DNA of 64,000 nucleotides from Piromyces finnis finn (taxonomy: Eukaryota > Fungi > Neocallimastigomycota), in contig MCFH01000046.1 in NCBI GenBank assembly GCA_002104945.1, positions 1 to 64,000 on the forward strand. Reading direction: 5' to 3'. The notes beneath the pieces are model-generated. The model saw only the letters and a list, made by a program, of their open reading frames with translations. It had not been told where the DNA came from and ran no database searches. The position numbers were made by a program, and so were the translations under genes. Shown here piece after piece: positions 15,282 to 29,050 of this stretch; within the stretch, counting starts at the first letter, position 1; each line of letters begins with the position of its first letter.

Positions 15282-18023
15282 TTAATTACCGTATTTATTC
15301 TATTTAAAATATAATAAAATATATTGTTAATATATTGTTATTGCTTTTATATATATATTTGTTTGTTTTATCATTAATTTATATATTTACTTGGAAATCT
15401 TGCATAATATCTGATAATTTCATACTACCAGAAGTAACAATTTTTCTGACCTTTTATAGTGTATAATAATTAATATTTAAAAAAAAAAAAATTGTTAAAA
15501 CCTCTATAAATATAATTGTTATCTTATTATTTTCTTGATATTTACAGATTCAATATCATCAGAAGCTTGACCAACAAACTTTCTAGCAAAATCTGAGGCA
15601 TGGTAACTAACTTGACCAACAACATCTGAGAATGAGTAAGAAGAAGTACTTCTTGATTGGTTTCCACTAGTATTGTTGGAATTACCACTTTTATTTATTA
15701 ATACATATTTTTTCAGTATAATTTATTGTTTGAGTATCGTTATCTATTTTTATATTTTTAATTAATAAACTTTACTTACTTGTTTTCATCTCTACCAAAG
15801 TAACTTGAACTACCAAAACCAGTTTGACCTTCAAATTGCTTCAATCTTTCTCTGGCAGCAGCACTTTTATAAATTGAATGTAATGAAAATATATGAAAAT
15901 AGAAAGAATTAATAAAATGGCATAATTAATATAATAAACAATAATAATATGCATTTCATCTTACTTTTCTTGTTCATCGTATTGACCTCTACCAAAGAAC
16001 ATATCTGAACTAATACCCTTACATTTATTGAATTTTTCTTGGGCAGTAGTTTCACTTTGATTGTTATTATTATAACTATTACCAGTACTACCAAACTTCA
16101 TACTACCAATACTATTATTAGAATTACCAAAACCACTGGATGTATTATTGTTATTATTACCAGTGCTACCAAAACCGCCGGTACTACCAAAGCCCATTCT
16201 ACCAAATCCCATACCTAAACGATCCATGGCTTCTTCTTCTTCCTTAGATAATGGGTTTTTGGCAGAAGTACTACCAAAACCACCAGACTTTCCGAAGCCA
16301 TTGTTATTAAATCCATTGTTATTAAATCCATTGTTATTAAATCCATTGTTATTAAAGCCATTGTTACCAAAGTTATTAGAGTTATTATTAGTGTTATTAT
16401 TGTTATTATTCTTGTTTTCGTTTAATCCCATTGTTTGAGCCTTGAATGGATCAGCAGCAGAATTCTTTTCCATTTCCTTCTTCTTTTCTTCTTCTTCCAT
16501 CTTTCTCTTTTCTTCTTCTTCCTTGGCACGTTTAGCCATTTCTTCAAAGTTTATTCCCTTTGTGGCCTTCTTAGCACCTAAACTCTTTTTATTAGATTTA
16601 AGCATACTACCAGCAGCACGATTACCTCCTAACTTCATTGGAATTGGAGCTGGAGCGGATGATGTTAAAGTGTTAAGACTGCTACTTGATTGGGATTTTG
16701 GGGTAGAAACATTAGAACTAAATGGAGAACTACTTAAACTATTGCTTTTAGATTTATTTTCCCAACTTGAGAAGAAATCTTGTGGGGCTTCTTGTGGAGC
16801 TTCTTCGGCTTGTTCAATAACAATTCTATCTGGATATCTTTAAAATTTATTTTATGAAATTATTTTGTAATTTTGATACATATTTTTTGTTGATAAAATT
16901 GGTAAAAGTTTTTTTTTATTTCGACACATTTTAAATTTTGTTAAAATTGATAAAAAATTATTTAAAAAAAAAGGTATTTTAATTAGAAAAAATATTATAA
17001 TTGTTATTTCTATTATTGTTGTTTCATAGTAAAAAGGAAAAAAAATTAAGTTTTGTATAGTAAATAGGATACTAATAAAAATATTTACTTTTTAATATCT
17101 TCTTCAATTAATTTTTGAAGATGTTCTTTGTATAATAAAGCTGGTCTAGATTGGTATTTAGCCTTTGGGTCCTTGAATTTGGCAACACCACCATATTGAT
17201 TAAGGTGAATTCTAGCATTTTCATTACCACCGAGCTTCATGTTTCTTAATTGATCAAGATTCCATGAATCTAAAATAGTAGATCTTTATTTCATAACATA
17301 AAATAAAGTTTGTTTATTTATTATTATTGTAATTACATAAAGTGTTTAATTATGGGAATAATTTATTATGTTTTTATTATTTATTTCGGTTTTCGTTTTT
17401 TTTTTTTATTTTTTTTTAGTTATTGATATGTTAAAAATAATATTTTGCAGATATAAAAAAGGTAAATATATATAAAAATATATACAAAAAAAAAACATTT
17501 TATTCAGTAATTGTTAAATGTTAAATAATAAAAAGTTATATATAAAATATAACTATTCATCTATATTATTATTATTATTATTACCTTACAAAACTAATGT
17601 GAACACCCATATTACGGTGAACAGCAGAACAATCTAAACATAAATAAATACCAAAAGTAACAGAAGCCCAGGTTGGGTTTTTAGCACCACAATCAAAGCA
17701 TACCTATTTGAAGAAGAAATAAATATATTTATAAATTTAAAAGGAAATCAATTAGTTATTTTTACATTTTTCTTTGTTGGTATATTAACTATTTTTATTG
17801 AAGATACTTTTTTTTTAAAAAAAAAAAAAAATATCATTCATTTGTCTTTAATAACACTAATAAATAAGCTTATAGTGTAAATCCTAATTCATTAAATGCT
17901 ATACAACATAATTTATGGTTTAATAAAAAAAAAAAAAATCTTTAAAATAAAAATTACCTTATTTTCTCTTTTACTCTTTAATTGTTTGAAAATTTCATTG
18001 ATTTCTTCCTTCGAAACCTCCAT
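15282..18023 (-). CDS. GLO3: ADP-ribosylation factor GTPase-activating protein, Glo3/ARFGAP2-3 type; 8 exons, about 518 aa
   Basis: Exons 18023-17958, 17703-17585, 17283-17089, 16837-15965, 15863-15780, 15687-15546, 15450-15391 and 15299-15282 sum to 1557 nt. The zinc finger is [41 protein letters not shown]...GGN. The Glo3-motif-like segments are GISSDMFFG and GFGSSSYFG, and the protein ends ...DFQNKYGN*. Confidence 0.93.
16298..16366. repeat. Coding 15-bp tandem repeat (4+ copies) encoding (NNNGF)n in the ArfGAP
   Basis: The unit ccattgttattaaa(t/g) is repeated on the + strand. Confidence 0.9.
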
Positions 18024-18455
18024 ATCTTTAAGGTCGTTTAAAAATTGTAATAATGATAATAACAATAACAAAATATTGATGATTATTTGTAAATGATTTT
18101 AAAGTTTAATCGATAAGATTAATAATATGTATAATAATGGTAAATAATTGTTAAAGTTAGTTGTTTGGATGGAAATTTCGAATAGAGATAAAAATAAATA
18201 AATAGTTAATTTATCCATATATTATAGGTAATTGTTAATAATATCTATATATATATATATATAGTTATTTTAAAAATATAGCAATACTTTTTCCTCTACT
18301 ACTTACTTATTATTATTAATATTTATATATATTCTATTTTAATAAAATGTAAATAATTAAAAAAAAAAAAAAAAAAGAATTAAGAAAAAAAATATTAATA
18401 TATAAATAGTATAAAATAGTAAAATATAATATTTTAATACTATTTTCCATATAGG

Positions 18456-18498
<43 letters not shown>

Positions 18499-19568
18499 TA
18501 CTATTTACTATTATTTAATTATTGACTATATTATTATTAATTATTATTATTATTCAAAATTTCATCATTAATTTATATTAATAAATTTATTATAATTATT
18601 TTTGTAATATATTAATATATTATATTAAAATATAAATCAATATAATCCAATATATTACATTAAATATAAAAATAATAACTTCCCAAATTAACGAATAAAT
18701 AAATTATACACTTTTTATTTTAATTATACAAAAATCATTTTAAACTCGTTAAAATCTATAAATATATTATAAATATATTATTGATTTATTTTAAATTTAT
18801 TAATAAATATATTATAATAATATATATTTATATTGAAATTATATTAAAAATATATTATTTTAAAATTTAAAAAAAAGGACTAAAACCATGCAAGAAAAGC
18901 TGGTTAAAAATTAATAATACTAAGGAAAGTGAGGAAGATTAAAATTCATTTAGAAAAAATTACCACTTTCAAGATAGGTTAAAAAGAAAAATAGTTTTTT
19001 TTACATATATCATGAATACTATTTATTAATATTTTAATTTTATAATTATTAACATTTTCAAAAAAAAAATAAAATAAAATTATAACTTTTCATAATAATT
19101 TAAAATTAATAAATATCTTTTCTATCCTTTCTTTTAATCCCAATTTTTTATATTAAAGATTATCACTTTTTTTTTTGAGTAATGAATGACATTTTTATAT
19201 CAATGAATTTATATAATAATAAAATGATATTATTCATTCTATTTTCATAATTTCTTTTAATTCATTTCTTTTCTCTTTCTTTCTTTCTTTCTTTCTCTTC
19301 TTATTATAGTTTTTCTTATTTAAAAAATAATTTAAAAAATGTATTAAATAATAAATATTAATATTTTAAATTTTCATTGGATTAAAATTTAAGTTTATAT
19401 TAAATCTATATTAAAAATGAATGGTTTAAAAAAAAATTATAAAGTATTCTTTTTTAAAAATATATATATTCAGATAAAAAAGTATACATTCTTTATATAT
19501 ATATATATTAAAAGAATATACATCAAAGTAAAAAATAATAGTGATAAAACATTTTTATTGAAGCTAAT

Positions 19569-21787
19569 ATGGAAATTCCTTTTTCACCAGAGTATCCTAA
19601 TATTCGAAAAACAATTGATAGCGACAAATGGATCTTATATATAAAATCAAAATGTATAGTAAATTGTGAAGCCTTTTTACATGTTATGGTAGAGTTGTTG
19701 TTGTTGTTGTTGTTTTAATAATTAAAATATTAAATAATTATTATATACTATTTTATAAAATAAAAAAGTTTCAAAATATTCAATTAAAACTTTTACTTTT
19801 TTTTATCTCAATTGAATAATAATGCTAATAATAATAATACATTAAAAACAAAAATAAAAAGAATCAATGGGTTAAAGAACCAGAAAATGTCACACCTCCT
19901 ATTTTAAGAGCAGAAATTATAAAAGAAGAAACAAATGAAATTAAAGAAAATGATTATACAATAATAAAACAAATTAGAAGAAAAATAGTTTCTCGACAAG
20001 AAAGAGACAAAAATATAATTCAAGATGTAAAATTTATAAAATATGACAACGGTGGTAAATAGATATTTAAAAAATGTATAAAAATGATATGAAAAAAAAA
20101 AAAAAAATAATAATAATAATAATAATAATAGTTAAAAAAAAAAAAAAAGAAAGAATAAATAATAATATAGATTATTATTATACAATTTATTGTTATTTAT
20201 TTATACATCAGAATGTAAAGCTATTCATACCCCAGTTTTCAATGATGAAATTAAAAGTTATTCAGATTTCCCATATTATTTTCCACCTGTAAGTTTATAT
20301 ATTTATTATTAAATAATAACTCTTTTTATTAATGGCAATTTTAAAATTTAAAACTATAATTTTTATTCTCTATATTCGATAATGTATAATATATAATGTA
20401 ATATTATGGGGGAATCTTTTTATCTAAATATTTAATTCAATGAATATTAACGATAATATTAGTTAAAAAAATTTAGTTATGGTATCATTCCAATAACAAA
20501 CAATGATAATAAGAACGAAAAAAATCAGGATAAAGAAGTTTCTAATAATTCAGAAGAGAAAAGTGAAAAGAAAATTGAGGATATTAAGGAAAACACTGAA
20601 GATAAAGATGATACTAAAATAAACATAGGCAATCAGGACAAAAAAGATGATTCATCTCTAGAAACAACAAATAATAAATCAGAAGAGAAAAAAAATGAAC
20701 CAAAAAATAAAAAGTCCATAATAAATACTAAAAAGGAACCTTTGAATGATAGTAAAGAGTAAGATTTTAATAAAGTAACATTCTATACTAAAAAAAAAAA
20801 AAAAAAAAGAATAATTTAATAACAGTTTTAACAAAAATTTTATTTAAAAAAAAGTCTTGCTTATATTTATCTTGAAATTATACCCATAGAAGATAATGAA
20901 GAAATTTCTGAAAGAATGGTAAAAAAAATAGCAATAATTAAAAAAAAAAAAAAAAAAAAAAAGAAACAACTTTAAATTATTTAATAATTATTAATATTAT
21001 TATTATTATTATTATTTCATATATATATATAAAAAGAAAAAAATTTATACAAGATTATTGAAAATGCTTTTTAAACATTGTAGAGGTACAATGAATGGTT
21101 ATAAGAAAAGAGTAATACATGATGTATTAGTACCTAAAATTATATATCAAGATACTTATCGTGAAATGAAAAAAAAGTATGGTAAATATTGGGTAGAAAA
21201 TTGGCCAGAAGACACAGATCCTCAAAAGCATGTATTTGAAGATATTGGTATTGCAACTTGGTTAAAATTATTGTGGAACAACGATAAAGAAAAGTAAATT
21301 AAACTCTAAAAATGAATTAAATATTAAAATTTACATATAAAATTAGTTATTTTTCATTTCATTTATATTAAATTCTTATTTTTTAAAAAAAAAAAAAAAA
21401 TATTTATATATATATATGGATATAAAATAGAACATCATTTATAGATATTGGTTGTGGTAATGGTTTACTAACAAATTTATTAACAAAAGAAGGATTTAAA
21501 GGTTATGGTATAGATATTTCAAAAAGAAAAGTATGGGATTTATATGAAAAAGATGTTAAATTAGAAGGTATCTTTATAAGATAATGAAAGAATGCTGATA
21601 TATATATAAAAAAAACAATAATAATAATAAAAATCATTTATACTCAATAAAAAAATAAATTTTATATATGCCATGTTTAATCTATAGAAAGATTCATTAG
21701 TCCTCTTACCGAAACATTTGACAATGATACATGGTTAATTGGAAATCATCCAGGTAATTTACATTAAATGTTATTATATATGGGATA

Positions 21788-21829
<42 letters not shown>

Positions 21830-22420
21830 TAATATCCTAAACTCTATAATTTTTTTTTTATTTATTTATTTCCTTGCTTTTTTGTTTTATTATTATTAAT
21901 AAACTATTTTATATTTTTAAAAAGATGAAATGACTTTATGGATTCCAATTATGGCAGCAAGATCAGGATATAAATCAAAGTACAGTATATATAAATATAT
22001 GTATAGATATATGTTAAATTTTTTATAATAATTAATTGTTTATTTTATTTTATATAATTATAAAAATGAATAACAATAAAAAGATTTGTTATTATTCCAT
22101 GTTGTCCATTTGAACTTTCTGGTGCAAAGTTCACTGGAGAAGGATTCAATCTTAAGAATGTAGGAAGATATCGTTGTTTCTTAGAAAGAGCTCGTCAATT
22201 AATAAGAGAATGTGGATATGTTGTAGAGGAAGAAAATTTAAGAATACCATCCACAAAAAATATTGCCTTGATTGGAAGAAAAAGATCATTTAAAGAAGGT
22301 AACTAATTATAGCAATACAATATACAATACCTTTTTTTAAAAGAAAGATAAATAATTAAAAATAATTTTTTTGTTTTTTTTTTTTTGTTTTGTTTTGTTT
22401 TTGTTTTCTTTTTTTAAAAA

Positions 22421-22459
<39 letters not shown>

Positions 22460-22677
22460 CATTCCTCCTAACACATTTTCAATTCATTGGAATAATGAAA
22501 ATAAAAAATAAAAAAAAAGATGATGAAGAAACGCATACCCAAATTAAAAAGAAAATTGAAAGATATATAAAAGATGTTGAATCCAGTGGTGATTTTAAAT
22601 TAAGAATTCCTGATGATGAAAAACAAAGACAATTATTAGCCAAAAAATTGGCTAGAAAATCTCATCAATCTAAATAA
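19569..22677 (+). CDS. TRM44: tRNA (uracil-O(2)-)-methyltransferase Trm44; multi-exon
   Basis: The spliced product starts MEIPFSPEY... (ATG 19569). It contains WVKEPENVTPPILRAEI, DFPYYFPP, GYKKRVIHDVLVP, WVENWPEDTDPQKHVFEDIGIATWL, FIDIGCGNGLL (SAM motif I), WLIGNHPDEMTLWIP, IIPCCPF and LRIPSTKN. The stop is at 22675-22677. Confidence 0.93.
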
Positions 22678-23363
22678 AGATTATTAATTCTTAAAAAAAA
22701 ATATCAAGATAATTTGTATTTTTTTAATAATAGATCTATCTTAAAAAAAAAAAAAAAAAAAAAAAAATAGTAATAAATAATAATAATATTTTCATAATAC
22801 TCTTATTTTGTTATATATACTCTAAAAATAATAAAAACATGATAAAATATCATCATATATACATAAATATATTTTTATTTTAATAAAAAAATTTTTTTAA
22901 TTTATTTATAAAAGTTTGTTTATAATATTTAATTTATAATTATTTTATATTATTTATATCAGTCTTTTTTTTTTTATTTTTATAATTTAGGTTTTAGTTT
23001 TTTTAATTTTGTTTGTTTGTTTGAGTTTGGTTGGTTTTTGTTTTTTTTTTTTTGTTTTTTATTTTAGTTTTCGTTTTCGTTGTTGCTTTGACTTTTTTTT
23101 TATATATATATAATTCTTGATGTGGTTTTTATTTCATTTATTTATTTTGTGGATTTTTACTTCTTTTTTATTTTTATATGCTTTTTTAAAAAATAATCTT
23201 TTCTGTGTTTCTTTTTTTTTTTTTTTAGTTTTAGGAGGTGACCTCTTTTGTTTATAAACTTTTTATATTAATAACCATCATTTCAAATTATTAATAAAAT
23301 ATACTTTTATAAAATAACGAAATATAGATATATTTAGAATATCATAAAATTTTATATTATTTA

Positions 23364-23394
<31 letters not shown>

Positions 23395-23826
23395 TAATGC
23401 TTTATAATAATAAAATAACGATCTAAATAAATTTCTAAATTATCTCTTTCTAATTTTCTTTTTCTTTTTACAAAAAAAAAAAAAGAAAAACTCTTTCATG
23501 TTTCTTGATAATCATGTATGATTGATTATTTATAATTATTTACTATAGTACTTCTTTTTCTATAACTATCTTGTGAACAAAAATATATATAAAAAGAAGA
23601 GGAGAAAAAAAAAAAAAAGAATAAATTATATAATATTAATATGAACAAAGATAATGAAAAAAATATATATAGGCTTAATGTTAATAATAATGATTTTAAT
23701 AAATGGTATTTTAGTTTTTAATTTGCTGATAAAATGTTACTATTAAATATAAAAATACATTATTAATATAGAAATATTTCAATTTTTTTTTATTAATTCT
23801 CATCCATTACCACACAAAGAAATAAA

Positions 23827-25525
23827 TTATATGTTGATATCGTTTGTTAAGACTGGCATTGCTGGTAATGGTTGTACTGGTATTGAGGAAAGAGGTTGAG
23901 AAACTAACGATACTAATATTAAATTAAAAATAATAATAAAATAATAAATATACAAGTTTTATTTTACTTTTACAAAAATGGTGTATTCAACCTGTACTTA
24001 AAAATACTTACAGTTTGTACTACGTTGAGTCGCTCTTCTATGTAAGGATGATCTTAATGATGTACTACGTTTAAGATTATTTAATGGTAAAATCATGTTT
24101 TCTGGTGGGGATGGTATCTTTATAACAACTGAATTTGGATCTTGTTTAAGAACAACATCTTCATCTTGAATATCATCATGAATTGGTTCAGCAACCACTG
24201 AAGCTTCCCTAATGGATTGAATTGTGGCTTTTGTAACCTTAAGATTTTTAAATTCAATTGGTAATACCACTGAAGGAAACATACCATACATGGCTATTTC
24301 TTCATTTTCCTGTACACTAAGATTAATATTATATTCAATTTTTCTATTTTCGTTCTTTTCTTTTTCATCAAATAAAGTTTTATTTTGACCATAACACCAT
24401 AAATCATCATAAATTTCTCTAACAATTAATTCATCACCAACACGAATTAATAATTCATCATCTCTACATGGAGTAAATGATTTTTTAGCTATCCAAACTT
24501 TATCTAATAATCCCATAGATTTAGCTGCTTCTTCTGCTTCTTCTAATAAATCATATCCATACATATCTTCAATGCTATCTGCGGAAATATTTGCTTGAGG
24601 TAATTCGATCCATGATTCACGATAACTTTTGATTGGAGGTTCATAAGTTTTACGTCTATTAACAGTTAAACTTGGTATACTTCTTGATCCCATTGGAATG
24701 GTTTCAGCAGCCTTTTTCTTATAATTAGTATATAAAACAAATACGATAGGGACAATAACTGCTACACCTATGATAATATATGAGATTGAACTAAAATTAA
24801 AATTCGAACTATTACTTCTATTTAATGAAAAATGAGGGCTTTTAGTTATCATTTTCCTATTGGAATCCCATAATATAACAGTTTTTAAACCATTTTCCTA
24901 TGGTATTAATTTAAATATCAAATATTGATTAAATAAAATATGAATTGTTATTAATCTTTGTATCTACCATAAAAATGATTTTACTATAAAGATAACTTGA
25001 TATAGCTATAATAATAAAATAAATTTTCTATCATTTATTTTCATCACTAAACTTACAATTTTTTTATTTAAATTATTTATTTCATAATTGAAACAAGTAG
25101 AGCTTGATGAAATATTATCACCTAATATAACACCATTAATGAAATTGTCTTCATCTAATTTATTTAAAGTTACTATAAAATTGGTCTCTGGTTGTTTAAC
25201 ACCTTCCCAACACACTGCTAAAGATGTATTTTCTATTTTTTAAAATATATATATATTTAAATACATTTTCATAAATTTGAAGTCCCAGAAAAGGTTTTAT
25301 TTATTATATAAATTTGTATTTTTAAATTTACCTTTAACAATCATATTTTCTTTTGGGTGAGTGATTTTCCATCCTTTTAAATTATTAAAATTTGTTAACA
25401 TTTTTTGTCTTTTTTTAATTGTTATTATATTTTTTCTTACCTTCTGCATATGCAACATTAATTGTATGGAATATAATGAAGCACAAATTTAACCAAAAAT
25501 ATCTTCTTAATATAAAACTGTCCAT
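23827..25525 (-). CDS. Predicted type I membrane protein: signal peptide, small Kre9/Knh1-N-like ectodomain, TM helix, cytoplasmic SH3; 5 exons, about 424 aa
   Basis: Exons 25525-25441, 25373-25332, 25232-25057, 24897-24012 and 23912-23827 sum to 1275 nt. The N-terminus MDSFILRRYFWLNLCFIIFHTINVAYA is signal-like. The TM helix is ISYIIIGVAVIVPIVFVLY, followed by NYKKK. The SH3 domain is WIAKKSFTPCRDDELLIRVGDELIVREIYDDLWCYG...GMFPSVVL. Confidence 0.8.
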
Positions 25526-28500
25526 TTTTGTAAAAAAAAAAAAAAATTCTTTTATATCAAAAAAATTAAAAAAGAATATTAATAATGACTTGTATAGAAA
25601 AAAGAAAAAAATAATATCAATAATTTATATAATATATACTTTATTTGGTATCGAAAGAACGTTTTATGTTTTATTTTTAAAATTTAATAATTATTTTTAT
25701 ATATTTCTTTCTTGGAAATATTGAGTTTTTTTCTTTTGGTTTTAATATTGTATTTTTTTTTATTCGGTTATCAAAAAGTTTATACTTTAAATATTCTTAT
25801 GGTTTATATTTAAAGCTTACTTATTTGTTTTTTATTTATTTTAATATTATGATTTATTTATTTATTTATTTATTTATTAATTAGGTTGTTGGTTGTTATT
25901 ACTGTTATTCCTATATTTATTTTTTTTTCTTTTAATTTATTTATTTTTATTTGTTTATTGCAATAATAGTATAACACTGAATAATAATTTGTTCTAGTGT
26001 TTTTATATATTTAAAAATATCTTTACTAATTGTTATTTTCTTATTTATGCAATATAAACATTTAAAATAAATAATATTTAATTTGACTTAAATATTATAT
26101 ATTCTCTCTTGATAATAATTTTATAAAAATAAAAGGTATTTGTTATATCTATAATTCCTTATTTATATTTAATTTTTGCATTACAATTATAAATTACAAT
26201 TTTTTTTCTATTAGAAAAAAAAAAGTATAATTTATATTTCAAATAACACTTTAAAAAAACTTTATCTACATTAAATTTCTATTTGACAATCCAGGGAATA
26301 TAACTTTTAAAAATTATTTATTCCTTTGATTGACTTTTTATAAAATTATTATAAAGATTCTTTTTTAAATATTATAATATTTAAAAGGTCATTTAAAAAA
26401 AAGTTTATAAACTTTTCTTTTATTTTGATTTCCTTTTATTAATGAATATCTTTTTTTTTTTTTTAATTATAAGCAAGTAATCAATTGCTTAATTTAAATA
26501 GTATTGTAATTCAACAACGTTACGATGGAATTAAAAAAAAAATAAAAACCAAAAAGACGAAAAATGGAGCCCAATAAATTCTTCTGTATTTTAACATTAC
26601 AACTTAAAGTTTTAAAATGAACTACAAATAAATTAAATTTAATTAGCATAAATGAAAAAAAAAGAAATAATAGAGTACCAATATATTTCAATAAATATAA
26701 AATATATTGTTCATTTAAAATTATAAAGTAAAAATAATATTAAAAAAAAATGGTATGTTAATTAAATAATTCAAATATCAACAAAATAAATAATGCATTT
26801 ATATTATGATATATATGATTCAATTATAATATATATTAAATTTTGATATTGAATTGAATGAATAATTAATATAAATATTAATATATTTTTATAATATAAT
26901 AATAATAATAATAGGAAAATAATTTTATAAAATATAATTTTTAATAAGCCTTACCCTAACAATATCATAGAAGAATTAGGGAGAATGAAGGGTGGTAGGC
27001 ATGTATAATAAAGGATGATTATTACTACACCAGACTTTTAAAAGGATGAATAGCATATATTCAAAATATATGTAAAATATAGTTCAATAGGTTCATCTCA
27101 GAATAAAAGCTGCATTTTTGGTTTTTTAACATTTTAGGAAATTTTATGTTATTGAAATAATGATGTAGAATTACATAAACTAAAATTACTATTATTTATT
27201 TAACCATAATATTATATAAATACATAGAATTTATAAAATATTATTTTCTCATATTCTATCAAAAATTTTAATTTCATGATAATAGTAGCAATTATTTTTA
27301 ATAGAATATTAATAACAGCAATAAATGGTGAGCAATAAGTGTGTATAATTATTATTAAAAAGTAGATATAGCAGCACTTGTTTAAGTCTTTAAGTAGTTC
27401 AATATCACTATTAATGGCATTATTATTTGTAGTAGTAATATTGATTGATTATCAAGTTATCAAAGCTGCATTTTTTTTCTTTTGAAATAAATTGACTTGT
27501 GTAACCTTTGTATATTGCAATTAATATATCTTTAGTATAATTTATTAATAGAAAAATGTATAACCCTTAAATGTCATCCTTTCCTCTATTAATTGGAAAA
27601 TAAAATTATTAATAAATATAAACCAAGTTCTTTTGTGTAACTAAAGATATTATATTAACTGAAAATATATAATATATAAATAATATATTTTAAATTTATT
27701 ATATATATATAGTATTGATATTATTTTGTTATATAATTAATATATGGAATTAATTATTTTATATATGATTCATATACGATAAAAGAATTTAAAATTTAAA
27801 ATTTCTATGGAATATTTTATTAGAAGATGCTAATAAAAATATGCTTTATTTTTTTAATTAATTTTAATTAATATTTAAATTTTAATTAATCCCAATATAG
27901 AAGTCTTTTGTAATAAAAATTAAAGATAAAAAAACAAATAGAGGTAGTTGAAAAAAAAAGAAAAAAGAAAATAGAGAGAAAAAACATGATTGTAAATAAG
28001 GAAAGATGTTATTACCATCAAAATAAAATAAGCATCTATAGATGCTTTGAAAAAAAAAACAATTTATAAAAAAAGAATTAATACGATTTCATTTCACGTT
28101 TTATCTAATAAAAAAAGCTACAAAGATTCATTAAACTATAAAAGGAATCTGCTAAAAAAAATGAATGGATGATTATTAGATAATTCTATTTTATAATTAT
28201 CATACTATAACTGATTATACTTGATTATGACTGTGATTCCTATTCGATCTATGATAATAGATAATGAATAATGAATAATATGAATATATAAATTATAATA
28301 TTTTATTCATGAAATATATGTATGTTAATAGAAGGGGATAATTGAATTTTCAATAGCAATAATCTATTATTCCAAAACTTTGTCATAGCTTTACATATCA
28401 TGTTTTGTATAATAATATAATAGTTACAGAAAACACTTTTAGTACTCACATTTGTTTTAAAAAAATTTTATTTTATTCAATGAGTCATAAAATTAATTAT

Positions 28501-29050
28501 TAAAATTAAAATATATTAATTATAAAGTTAAAAAATTTACTAATGATGATGATAGTCGTTATACAACTATAAAAAAACAAAATATTAGGAATTGTGTCTA
28601 TAATTAAAATAAAATAAAAAAAAGAAAAGATGATCTTTATAAATAGTCATTATGAGAAAAATAAAGCTTATATAAATTATTAAATTTATTATTATATTTC
28701 ATTATTTAAATAAAAACCATCGATTAACAAATTAACAACACGCGAAATAAAAAAAAATTATTTGGGTTATCATGGTAATATAAAGCATTTTAATAAAAAG
28801 TTCAATGATCACAAAAACACTATTAACTATAAAAAAAATAACCTAACCCTATAAATAATAAAAAATAAATTATATACTTTTTGTTTCTTGATATTTTTAT
28901 TTTTATTTTTATTTTGTTTTATCTTATTTTACTATTATGTTTTTGTATTGCTTATATTGAGCTTTTGTTTGTTTATTTGTTTTTGATATGCATAAATAAT
29001 AATTTATTTATTATTAATAAAGTTATATGATAAAATCATGTAAATAGATT

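Noticed and set aside
16148-16843. Plus-strand ORFs 16148..16438 and 16442..16843
   Set aside because: Antisense shadows of the low-complexity ArfGAP exon.
28738-28747. ACGCGAAA, an MCB/SCB/E2F-like site
   Set aside because: A single isolated motif more than 3 kb from the nearest ATG and 3' of LCB3; no supporting cluster.
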